DNA of 60,000 bases from Laetmonice hystrix. Lineage: Eukaryota. A model generated the notes under the pieces. The model was not told where the DNA came from and ran no database searches. It was given only the letters and a program-made list of their open reading frames with translations. Of the stretch, positions 38,518 through 50,300 are shown piece after piece. Position 1 is the first letter of the stretch, and every line of letters starts with the position of its first letter. Location of the stretch: assembly GCA_965235115.1 (NCBI GenBank), contig OZ249436.1:9860001-9920000 (forward strand), given 5' to 3'. Position numbers and translations under genes: made by a program.

Positions 38518-39996
38518 CTAGACATGCAGATTGCAGGCAATCAGGTATCCCGTTCCTCTATGGATGTATCTAGAAAGGTTCTGTATAGCATGAAAGCAAG
38601 TCAATCATACCAATAATGAGCATAGGGTTACAAGAGAAAGACTGTGGGGAAGGTATATGCCAAATCTGGAGAAGATTCTCCAAAAAATGAGGGAGCAGAT
38701 ACATTTTGACCAGTACTGAGCATAGGGTACCGACAGACCACTTAGACACCTGTGTACACAAAATTTTCTTCCAAATAAAAAATATAAAAATGAATACCAA
38801 AAAAAAGGGTTGACATAGGTGGGATTTTTAGGCAATACCCTTGTCATAAAATTCACACACATCTGTTCACACACATATTTTGTAGAGTGTTTCTGTAAAT
38901 TCATGACCACAGTAATTAAGAACTAAGTAGAAAATATTTAAAAAAAATAAAAATCATGCCATGGGTAGGATTCGAATCCACGACCCTTGGCAAGAAAGTC
39001 CTACACTCTACCACAGCACCATCCATACACGCACACAATTAGTAAAGTCCTGCAATAAATGAATGACCATTGCCATTGGCATAGAAGTAAACAACGATGA
39101 ATTACATCATACCGGGGAGACGCCATACCAGGCTTATAAAGGTCCCCTATTGTAAGAGAGCTATTTACCAAGATTACCAGAGGTAGAACATATATAAATA
39201 AATGAAAAAATCTTTTGTCACAGGTGGGATTCGAACCCGAGACCTCTGGCATGAAGATCATAGACTCTACCACTAAGCCATCCGGGCACCCACTCAATTT
39301 GTTGAGTGTTGCTGTAAATGAATCACCATAGTGGTAGAGAACTGTGTGTTACGTCATACCATCGTTACGTCATAGCAGGCTTATAAAGGACGCCTAGTGG
39401 AAGAGAATTATGCCATTATCATTAGATATCAACGAAATTCCACGAACTTCCTCATTACATGCAAAATAGACAAAATTCAAAGTCACGTGACTCAGCGATA
39501 TGACGTCATATTTAAAAAAAAACTGCCATCAATCGATTCGCCCCACTATGACGAAGCTATAAATCAAATTTGGAGAAGATTCTGTAAAAAATGAAGGAGT
39601 AGATAGATTTTGACTGTTTTCTATGGCTTGACCTGTATGTCAGAAAGGTCAAAGGTCAAAGGTCAAATGTATGTGGTAAATGATAAAGGTACAAGTCCTA
39701 AGTGAGATGACATGAATAACTTTTGTCTATCTCTGACTGGAAGTGTACCACGTGATCTCAAAGTTGCCGCACATAATACGTCATAACATGACGTCATGAC
39801 GTCATATGACATATTCCATCATATGTTGAGGTCTCCATGTCAGGATGTATCTAGCCTGAAAGTTTCATCCAGATATCTTGAAAACTGAGGGAGATATTGA
39901 CCCGACCTTAACTACAACAATAATAATAATAATAATAGTGTACACCCAAACCGTACAATTTCAGGATCCCGTTCCTCAGTCGGAGGAACGGGATAA
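38518..39996 (-). mobile_element. Non-autonomous Helentron family A, copy 2 (intact, 1479 bp)
   Basis: Same termini as copy 1 (CTAGACATGCAGATTGCAGG...ATCCCGTTCCTC-agtcg-GAGGAACGGGATAA), (TAA)n microsatellite, internal tRNA-like dimer. Confidence 0.88.
38958..39288 (-). other. Two tRNA-derived Pol III promoter modules inside Helentron A (38958-39024, 39217-39288)
   Basis: Minus strand TGGTGCTGTGG...GGATTCGAATCC and TGGCTTAGTGG...GGTTCGAATCCC (A and B boxes), each followed by a T5-T6 run; acceptor and anticodon stems degenerate. Confidence 0.7.
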
Positions 39997-41043
39997 TAAA
40001 TGTTATAGTATCTAAAAATAATATATATTATTCAAATATAGTCATAAAATCTTCATCAAAAACAAAGGAAAATCTACGGCGGGGCCGGGCCCCCCTGCCC
40101 CCCTCATCCCCCAGTCGAAGATGACGCACTAACTTCTTCGCCCCAGTGTAGTAGGCTGTAACAGGCCTAGTAGCCTAGTAGATCTATGTATAAGAAAAAC
40201 ACCACCCTATAGAGTCTATGTCTCCAGTATTTTTTTCCGTTTTATTATTCAAAAATAATATTTGCCACATTTCTACAGACATGGTTCTAAAATGTCGATA
40301 CTGGTATAACACTGTCCTCGGTAGGTACCATATGTTATGTAGGACGTCGTCAACAGTTCGATAATAATAGCAGGTATCTCAAGCACATGTAGGCCTTCAA
40401 GGCTTGTTTCTGTTGTAGCTGGCAGGTGGCCGTTCTTCATGCGAACGACACTCGTTACACGTGTCAGGCCCACACAGAAAGAAAAGAACGAAAGAAAGGG
40501 GAGGGGAAAAAGAAAGAAAGAAACGGCACAAGCACGCAGCCTTTATGCTACCCTGCTTATAGGCTCCCCTCCAAAATGGTTCTGTGTCACCGTGGCCGAG
40601 ATTTATCTCCGTATGCCTTGGCATAATAGATATATCTGACAGTGCCATGTGCAGAGTTCCAAATAACATTTTTCTGATGCGGATCCACAGCGGGTCATAG
40701 CTGTCAATGCAAACGTCAGAGATAGATCTATAGGCCTAGAGTAGATCTACTGTAGGCCTACATTCTAAACCCAGCAGTTTTCACGGCTCCTGTCGTATTA
40801 TTATATAAACTTTTATTATAGACATCGTTATACTGTATCTCAGGTTCTGACCACCCGATGTACCTACATCGTCTTCTAGAATCCTGCCTAGATCTATGTT
40901 TTTATTAAATGCACACAAAAGGATAATGTAGCTGTCTGACTCAGGATCCTGATATAGAGTCTACACTTGTAAGTTTACCAGAAACATATTTACGAATCAA
41001 CACCAACATTCCCCTAGGGCAGCTTCACGTGTACCCTTTGGTA

Positions 41044-41450
41044 CACCCACGGCAAATAAGGTTTCGTAGACCAAATGAAACACCAGCATTTACCTCAAGG
41101 CAATAAATGCCACAATTACGTTGTCTTAATGAGGAACCGCCCGATATGTGACGCCGCTGGTTCTTATACCTTGACCTTCTTGTGTGTTCATCGGAGCCGA
41201 ATGCTGCACACCGCGACGTATTGCGTAACATTACGTGTTACTCTGCTCACAGACCTTGTCTACACGATGTTTGGAGTCCCAACGTTTGTAAACGTCCGAG
41301 GTAATGAACACACAAGCAGAACCAGCGGCGTCACACATCGGGCAGTTACACGTTAATCACTTCATTCAGACAATGTAATTGCGGCATTTATTGCCCTGGG
41401 GTAAATGCTGGTGTTTCATTCGGTCTACGAAACCTTATTTGCTGTGGGTG
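41044..41450. mobile_element. MITE with ~80-bp TIRs, CAC...GTG termini
   Basis: CACCCACGGCAAATAAGGTTTCGTAGACC...GGTCTACGAAACCTTATTTGCTGTGGGTG; TSD unclear. Confidence 0.75.
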
Positions 41451-44400
41451 TTTTCCATCCCTTTAAACATCCATATTATTGCACGGTAATCATTATTTCG
41501 GCACTGCCGAAGTTCACAAACCATGAATAAATCAAAGGATTTTCCTGTTGGTTACAGTTACTTTCACATAAATTCATTCTGATCTTATAGATATACGATT
41601 ACACTTTGGCACTACAAACCTCTTGACAACAAAATTAATGTGATCTTTTCCATCTTCGGAATGGTGGAGAAATGGAATGTGGTACCCAGTGACTCTCCCT
41701 CCCGACAGCGGATATCGTTTGAACATATATTACCGTTTTTTTAAGGTGAACTCGTATTTCTATCCTTAGTTCAAACGATTTTGCATTTTGTTTTTATACA
41801 CATTACCCCCACATTTTCAAGTAATACATAGATAAGTATCGGTAAAATAACAATAAGCGATTCAAAGTTGAATCCGTTAATATTTTTCTTTTTTTACACA
41901 CTATACCTCTTGTAGAGGGGACTCATAGACACTGTTTAAGTAGTGTACAGGGCCAAAGTCTGTTAGCATAACACAATGTCTGTAACACTGATATATTCTG
42001 ATATATTCAATTACATGTACTATACTATCTCATTCCTATGTCTAAATCCCTGAATCTTTCCTGTACATAACATATTTCGGTAAATTCTATCGACATTTAC
42101 AAAGATGCAGAGGTTATTTACATTCAACTGTTTCAGCAACAATGCAGTGCAACAAATTATTTCTTTAATCTTAAAGATGAACTGGTTATTCGAGCATAAT
42201 AACCTGCCAACCTGGTGACCTGCCAAGATATCAGGTCACCTCCTGTGTCATACCGGCAATAAGAGATAGAAGTAGAATTCAGACACCTGCATCTGTAAAT
42301 AATTCCAGTACGAATGTTGGGGTACAGGATCATTACTTCATGGTAGAAACTCCGGTTTTAACATTCAACAAAGGTCGGAATAAATCCCTTCTTATCGGGA
42401 AATACGTTTGTAAGGAGGGAGCGGCGGAACAACCCCCCCCCCCCCCCCCAACAAAAAAGAAGAAATGAAGTCAGACATTGCTACTGAAAATGTTTCCAGA
42501 AAAAAAAATGTTTCCATAAAAAAAACCCGTAATTCCTGAAAACCTTTATACGAATAGATATGGAGTCATAATTACGACGAGATTCCACAGGTAATTCTAA
42601 ACTAAGGAATATCTTTGTACCGTAAGGAGCGTTGGGGGGGGGGGGGTATTTTAACGAAATGATATGACATTTGAACGTCACCGTCAATGGTGGAAGAGAA
42701 GTGTGCTCTCCGCAATAAGTTCTCACCCAAACTGACCGGGACTATTTCATATGTTTGTCATGATGAACTCTTGCATCAAACAAATTTAAAGAAGTTTGAA
42801 ATTAGTAGTCTTGGCACTTTCTCATGAAATACATCTTATACCGTATATCCGGAATAATCTAATAGCAAGAAACGGAATGCACCGGAAGTTTGTGACGTTT
42901 GACTCTGCGTCTTATTGCCTTTGGTTCTATGCGTCTGTTTTTACAAGACAACAAACATCTTTGGTTACAAACACTGTTGTGCATAAGCCAATATCATGTT
43001 TCTCTTTTTTGAACTGTTCTTGCAGATAATTATTCCCAATTTTGACGTTAACATCGATTTTTTGACCGATTTCAAAATTGTATTCTAGTAAATCCTGTCA
43101 ACAGCACTTCAGTTAATAAACCAACTTTGTTGTGGATTCAACAAGCTATATAACTGCATAGGAGAATGTCAACAGTAACTATTCTCCTCTTTTTTTTTTA
43201 TAACGAATGGCTTGCTTAACATACCAGGATTTCCGAAAAGAGATCGGTAAGACACTTGGCATTTCAATCTCATTTTTACCTCTCCATGTCAGGAGAGTCA
43301 AGTGTTTGTGCTTTGCACATGTACCGGTATACGTTTATCTGACAAAACAAAATACATGTATAACAATGAAATACTGCGTGTACCTTGGAACATAATCTTC
43401 ACTTCGTTGTATTTAGAGTAAATAAATAGAAGTCTTCCATTTTTATAAAGTGTTCCGTATGAATGCACAATACTTCAAGTCTAGAACAAAGGTTCTCTCT
43501 CTGCAGTTGACGTATTGCCAGCCCATTGAAAAAACATGCAACTTGAACATACACGATTTCAAATCAATCTGTTACGGTGGGTAGACGTCGTCACCAGTTA
43601 CATGGTAAGTACGGTACATGAATAAAAGTGTTTCGAGTTCTACATTAGAGTGTGTTTTATCATTTAGACCTAACTACAATATCATCTCCAACAGCCTACC
43701 TCGGCATGAGTACATGAGTATTAATTTTATATCGATGAAAAACAAACCATATAAATTTTAAGTATTATTTTTAACAAAGGCAAACTCATTTTAATTTGCC
43801 CATCTCATGACCCGCATTGCATTTGCCCTTCCTTGGTACCCATTCAAACTTTCCCTTGAGAGAACACTGTCGACAGCAGACATGCACCCAAACAAATTTT
43901 AACACGGGCAAGTTTGCCAATATTTCAAGTTGTATGTTGCGTTTGTAAGTAACCATGTGGTCATAACACGATAATTAACCTCACTTTCTGGATGGGTGTC
44001 TAATGGGTTTCCTCAATAGTTTCCTAAATATGGTTATTAACCAATTCTTCGCATGCATTTTCCCTTGTGTGAAAGAGGCCATTAACAGTTGAGATTGGCC
44101 GGAGATATGAACACACCTGTGATATTACAAGTCTGGCCGCCTTAATCCGTATAATTATCTAATAGATTATCTACCGACGCCTGCTACACGCGTCAGGTGG
44201 TCGGCTGATCAGAGTATACAACCCTCAGGCAGGGAACACTATACCGCTGTAGTGTACCCATCCCCGCCCCCCCCCCCCCATGCCTAAGCCGCGGGTATGA
44301 GGCTGGTAATATTGAACAAGTAATGGAAATGCACGCGAATTTACATTAACAACGCATAACAATCCCCTGAGAAGCACTGCCATCACTATTCAGTCTCGAA

Positions 44401-45470
44401 GTACCCCCGGTACTTACGTTTACTGTTTTCAAATAATCCACTGACAAACATATCGACCTTGATGTCATCCTTGCAGTTTAAAGATTCGCATTTCTTATGA
44501 CTGCAACACATTACCGTGAACGCCTGTTCTTTATATGATCCTCTAATTGCTACCATATTTACATTTATCATCGGGTATGTACACTATACTTTGTATAATA
44601 AACAAAACTAGGAATTCTCATTCTAATTAATAAGTATTAGAGAGTGAACGCGCATCAAAAAGGCGGGAAAATGCAGATTATTTCCTCCAGCTTAGTACAG
44701 TTTGAGGGTCAAAAATAAAAAAAAATAAAAAGAAAAAAAAGAAGGAAATCTCTCATGTCTGATGGCTATTCGCGGGTCTTTTGCACATTCACAGTGAAGC
44801 AAAACAACAATGATCTTGCACTTATGAATACACGGCAAATACACTGCTATTTAAGTATACATAGACCTACCATATAAACAAATATATTCAACAATAAACA
44901 TATTTTCATGGTCCAATTGGCACCCTAAAATACATACCGGTATCAAAAATATGACAACCCAAAAATCTCAATCCATTTTCTTTTTCACATATCTCTATAA
45001 TATTTCCACTGTTCCTTTGGCAACCTTTATAAGGAATTTACCAAGTCTCCAAATTGAATGCACAAATGGATTTTTGAAGAACATCTTCATCGCAACTGGA
45101 TTAAGATTATGACTTTACACTCTCGTTGACGCAGACACCATATTGCATACAAATAAACCAGAACACGTGATAAAATCACAGTGCTGGAACAACACGCATC
45201 AAACTGCACTTACCATTCAAAACATACTTTCGGTATAGTTCCATGTTTTCACGCCCATCCAACTGAATAAACGGGTATACGTGGAAAAGCTATCTTCTTA
45301 AAAGAAAATTACCCTCTAAAAATAAAACTGCATCAACGTGCAAGATTCTCGTTACATTATCCTGCCACGACGGCAAAGATTGACCTTAGGTTGTGCATCA
45401 ATCCAGTCCATCATCCTGTGTGGGTTTATAATTTTAAATTAAACGAACTTACCAAGTGAAGTTTGATGTT

Positions 45471-45711
45471 AATTCTACCGTTGGTCCTTCGACAGACGGG
45501 ATGTGAGATACGGGTCGGCGCGTTCAGGTCAATTGTTTAAAGGTACTGCAAGGAACCCCCCCCCCCCTTAACACCCCCTACCACACGTACCTCCCTGGTA
45601 CTTTCCTATTATGTAGCACACTGGGTGGGAGTGGTCCGTCTCGCGAAGGACCAACGCGCCGAACCGTATCTCACATGCTCTCGCGTCTCGCGAGGGCCAC
45701 AAGGTAGAATT
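45471..45711. mobile_element. Degenerate palindromic MITE
   Basis: AATTCTACC...ATGTGAGATACGG..CGGCGCGTT mirrored by AACGCGCCG..CCGTATCTCACAT...GGTAGAATT. Confidence 0.6.
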
Positions 45712-46973
45712 GTTGTTTGTCTCAGTATAGAATTCAGTCTGTGGTGAAAAATGATTGTTGTCGTTTTCGTAAAACTATAATCAAAGTAAACATATCAGGG
45801 CATGTCAGAAGAGTCGGGGAGAAGCATATTACACAAGTGTAGTAAAGGGGTCTACATGGGAGGAGATCATTTAACCTATTCATGTTCCGTGTTTCATTTG
45901 AATACATTTTATAACGTAAATAATGCTAGGTACCACTCTACCTAGAGTGTAGCACATTATTTACGAATTTCCATATGACTAGAACACGTCTATTAATCAT
46001 GTATCAACAAATTTGTTTCTTAGATCTGGTAGAAAAAAAACAAGGAGGAACTTCACTCTTGGCCCCTTGAAACATGAAGACCTGATAGATAAAATATCAA
46101 AGTAATGGAATGGGGTACCCTAACTGAGTGGCGCCATGTAAAACAGCTACTACATACAGCGCTACAGCAGGCAGCGAAACCCAGAGACAGTGCGACAGTG
46201 GTCCCAGTATGTAGTGAAAGTCAAGTTACGACTGTACATACGTACTACCCTCACTTACTGACAATGTAATAAACATGCAATTCAATCTGTCCTTGGGCTT
46301 CCCCATACTAAATTCGTTTTCATATACGGTACATGTACTTAGTTTTCTTTTGGAATCTCGATCAAAAGATATTTTAAATTATGGCCGCTGTTCAAGCAAA
46401 ATCTTCCCTCTGTATTCCTTACATCGGTGTATTCCAGCTGCCACTGTTTGTAGTGGGATGGGGTCCTTAAACCAAAGATACAGTGCAACATAGCTGCACT
46501 GTACTGAGTCTTGTAACCATTGGTTCTTTTCAATTCAACAAATCTTATCATTGAAAGGCAGACGGAAAAGCTGCCAAGGTTTCATACATGTTGTCTGCTA
46601 TGGTGTCCTCAACTGTAGCACCTAAACGTGACCAGTATAGGGGTTTCCAGTGACTGGTTGAGACGTAATAGTTTTAACGCCACTGCTCCCCTTCATCATA
46701 GAGACAGGCCATGCATCCCTAAATACCACGAGTCGCACCATAACTCATAAGAAAAGTAAGTTTCATACCAATCCTTCCTCAACTGAGGTCTAAATAATCA
46801 ACATTGCAACTTCATTTGAGATCTCCAGCCTTTTCTGATAATTCATTCTACTGGTACCTATACTTTGGTCTGTCTAAAGATTGTATCATACAAGTACACT
46901 GTATTCTCGTTCAGATTTCTTTGGTCTTTGCTCGATAGAGCTGAGTTTAGATTCTAACCAGGTTCTGTTGTTA

Positions 46974-46990
46974 GCCACTAGGTGGCAGCA
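46974..46990 (+). promoter_or_regulatory. CTCF consensus site
   Basis: GCCACTAGGTGGCAGCA fits the CCASYAGRKGGCRS core. Confidence 0.5.
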
Positions 46991-47347
46991 CGCTGACGTT
47001 ATTACCGTCGCCTCCCGCGAAATGTATGTGAAGCGCGATGACGATGTGGCCGCTTCACCCAACTCTTCGAGTTGACGTTCGCTGTTCGGGGCTGTTCTAA
47101 CGTGCGGAGATCTCTGTTCTCTAAAGGGCTGCCCTTCTTGTATGGATACAGAGTTTTTTGACGGTTACACTTTTAAAGTAACATTATATATCCTACATTC
47201 TGCTGTGCCCGTACTCTGCTAAAAAATTGGATTTCTTACAATCAACTCGGAAAGACAGCATATCATGGATATTTCACTTCCTGGTACTAGAAGGGCAACT
47301 TTTATATAAAGTATATAATGGAAGGACAGCCTCTGTATGACGGAGTA

Positions 47348-50300
47348 CTATTGCGTACTTGAAGGACAGCCTTTCATGTATGGATACAATGCACAGTGGA
47401 TGGATCTAAATCTGCAATCAAATCAGTTAATAACGAATCAGTAATCAACAAAACATTACAAAACGATATGTTCTTTAGCCCCAAACTTAGGCCGCGTTCA
47501 CACTGATCATTTCTTCTGGTAAATACCCGCTTTAGCGGGAGTGCGCTTGGTGTGAACGCGCTTACCCGAGGTAAATTACCCGAGGTAAGCTGCCGAGATA
47601 TCTCGGGTGGAGGCATGGAATAGCTCTACCGGCATAACTCTTACCTCGGGTGGCGGCAATGTGAACGTGAGATTTGCCGAGATTAACACCAGGGGGCATA
47701 ACTCCGATATATGTCATGGTTTGGTAAATCAATGTGAACGCGGCCTTATGGACAAGGAGAAAACATGTCCTTAAATAGTTATCTAATTTTAGACAATGTA
47801 TTTTTAATGTAATTAAATTTTATTCTGTTAATGGAATCAGTAGTTTATTGTGTTTCACTTGCAATGGCGTCAGTAATATGGATAATTAAAAGTAAAGCCT
47901 TTTAATGAGGGGGAAATGACAGGGAGGATAAATTAATATAAAGCTGATACTAGTGGTTGTTCCTACCTTGAAGGGTCTTCTGAGACGGAGAAGCCGGGAA
48001 TTCGTACAACGTTGGAGTGGTTTCGCTTCATAGCGTAACTGAATGTGATCTGTTAGAAAGGTTTTCATATTACATAGAATTTACAACATTTCAGTTGAAA
48101 TCTTTTATAAGAATATTTGCACTGATCATCCGACTTGCTCATGGATCGACAGGAGGTAGTAGTTTGGAATGTGCAGACTGCAAACGAATAATTTTCCAAA
48201 ATAAGTAATTATTCTACTTCCAGACTGATACTACATTTTTAGGGGGCTGAGGAAATGAAATTAGGGGGCATGCGAAAATGTCCCGAATATCTCACTCACC
48301 TGTTGGCTAAGGTCTCTATTTTTGACTGCCCACAGCCCCTCAAGGTGAGAATGAAAGTTAGGAATCACCGTTAGCTCCTTTTTGAGGTAATAATCTGAAA
48401 GACATTGATCCTGGTTAATTCTCATTTTTGGATAAATAATACTAGTACAATGTATGTACGTGTCCTGGTAGAAAAACGGGTCGTTCTACTTTGACTGACA
48501 GCAACGAAATTACGAGAGAAAGAATGAAAGGTTTGAAGGAAGGAAATGAGGAAAGGAAAGGGAGGGGAGGGGAGGGGAGGGGAGGGGAGGGGAGGGGAGG
48601 GGAGGGGAAGGGAGGGGAGGGGAAGGGAGGGAGGGAGGGGAAGGGAGGGAGGGCGGGAGGGAGGGAGGGAGGGAGGGAGGGAGGGAGGGAGGGAGGGAGG
48701 GAGGGAGGGAGGGAGGGAGGGAGGGAGGGAGGGAGGGAGGGAGGGAGGGAGGGAGGGAGGGAGGGAGGGAGGGAGGGAGGGAGGGAGGGAGGGAGGGAGG
48801 GAAACGCCCTCCCTAGCAGTAGGTACATATGCCCTTCGGAATGTGCCATCCGTCCCTCTTAAGTTTATGGCAATGTGAATTGTAAACCATTTCAGTTGTA
48901 CCTTTTACTGGAGCCTACCAACTTGGCACTGACCCTCTAAAAGTTTAATATAATATAGGTTCAAATAAAGCGTTGGACTGAATACCTCCAGCTGTCTACA
49001 CCAATCAGATTTTACAATAGAAGCGTGGAAAGACGGACTAAGCAATCTGCCGCCCAAATTAACATATGACGAGCATCCTTGCTACATTGTTCAAAATATC
49101 ACAGGAAGCGTCCAAGCGTATCAACCTCTTCACCCTCACTACAAATCACATGGAAGTGTAAAATAGTTCTCCCCCGAGACCGATCTGAGTCATACTTAGA
49201 AAGTAGGGTAAGAAATTTTCAACCATTGTGTGAAAGGAACAAGGAGTACTCAAGTTTACCCCTTCAGTATTTAGCATTTAGCGGTACTGCCACTTTTCCT
49301 CAAAAAGACTCACAAAAAGCATAATTTTCATACATATACGTATATATGGCACAGGTCTTCAGGGCTCTCAAAAGTAGCCGGTCAGCGGCGGCAAAACACC
49401 GTCTAAACCAGTTTTGCTGCTACCTACTTTTTGTTGAGTGACAAAATTTTTTTTTTAACAATGTTTTTTTTCACTTTCCTGCACATAGAATCCTCAGCAT
49501 GTAGCAAAACAACATGTCAGTGATGGCCAAATTGAATCTAAGGGAGACATTTTTTCAGATTTTTCTGGGGGAGGGCCCTCGGACCCCCCCCCCCCCCCCC
49601 GAGGGCCGTACCCTGCTACTTTTCTTCTGTACCCTGCTACTCCTGCCAACTTTGAGAGCCCTGGGTCTTGATGTTTGGACAAAGTCAGGCAAAACTGAAC
49701 TTGGCAAAGTCGGTTTTTATTGAACAAAATCATTCTCAATGATTCTTGAAGAAGGTTCACTGTTCTGGTTTTAATTTATACGCCAATACATGCTATAATT
49801 ACCCCAGGGTTCAACTTCTAGCGCATGTACCTTGTTTACTACATGTACTCTTTAACAATCACAGTGGAGTACACATTACTTACATATAATAAAGCCCACT
49901 GTGCAGTCATCTGGTAATCGTATCTTGTCACACACTGTCCACAGTCTGCCTCCCCTAAAAAAGTAACAATTCAACCACTAAATGGATGTTCACTGTTCCA
50001 TGCCACGTCCCATGTGACATGGCTTTCAAGTCGGTATTTTCACCACTAAAGAGAGAAATATCTACCAAACTTTTTCATTGTGAGGAGTACTCTTGCTGTC
50101 AACAGGTCTTATTGAATGTTTGTATGTACAATGCGATGTCGTTCTACCAGACCTACGGTTTTCTCATATTACAATATTGTTCCCTTCCAGCACATCAAAA
50201 TGTATAATATTGTATACAGTGTCTCCCTTCATTTCTTGGGGGGATCAAAAGTCCCCTTATCAAGAAATAACTTTATTTTGGTTTTGGTGTTTTTACAAAA

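Noticed and set aside
38958..39288. Functional tRNA genes
   Set aside because: Acceptor and anticodon stems do not pair; embedded in a repeat; reported as tRNA-derived modules.
44386..44571. 61-aa ORF containing a GTAAGT donor
   Set aside because: No homology recognised and no partner exons found.
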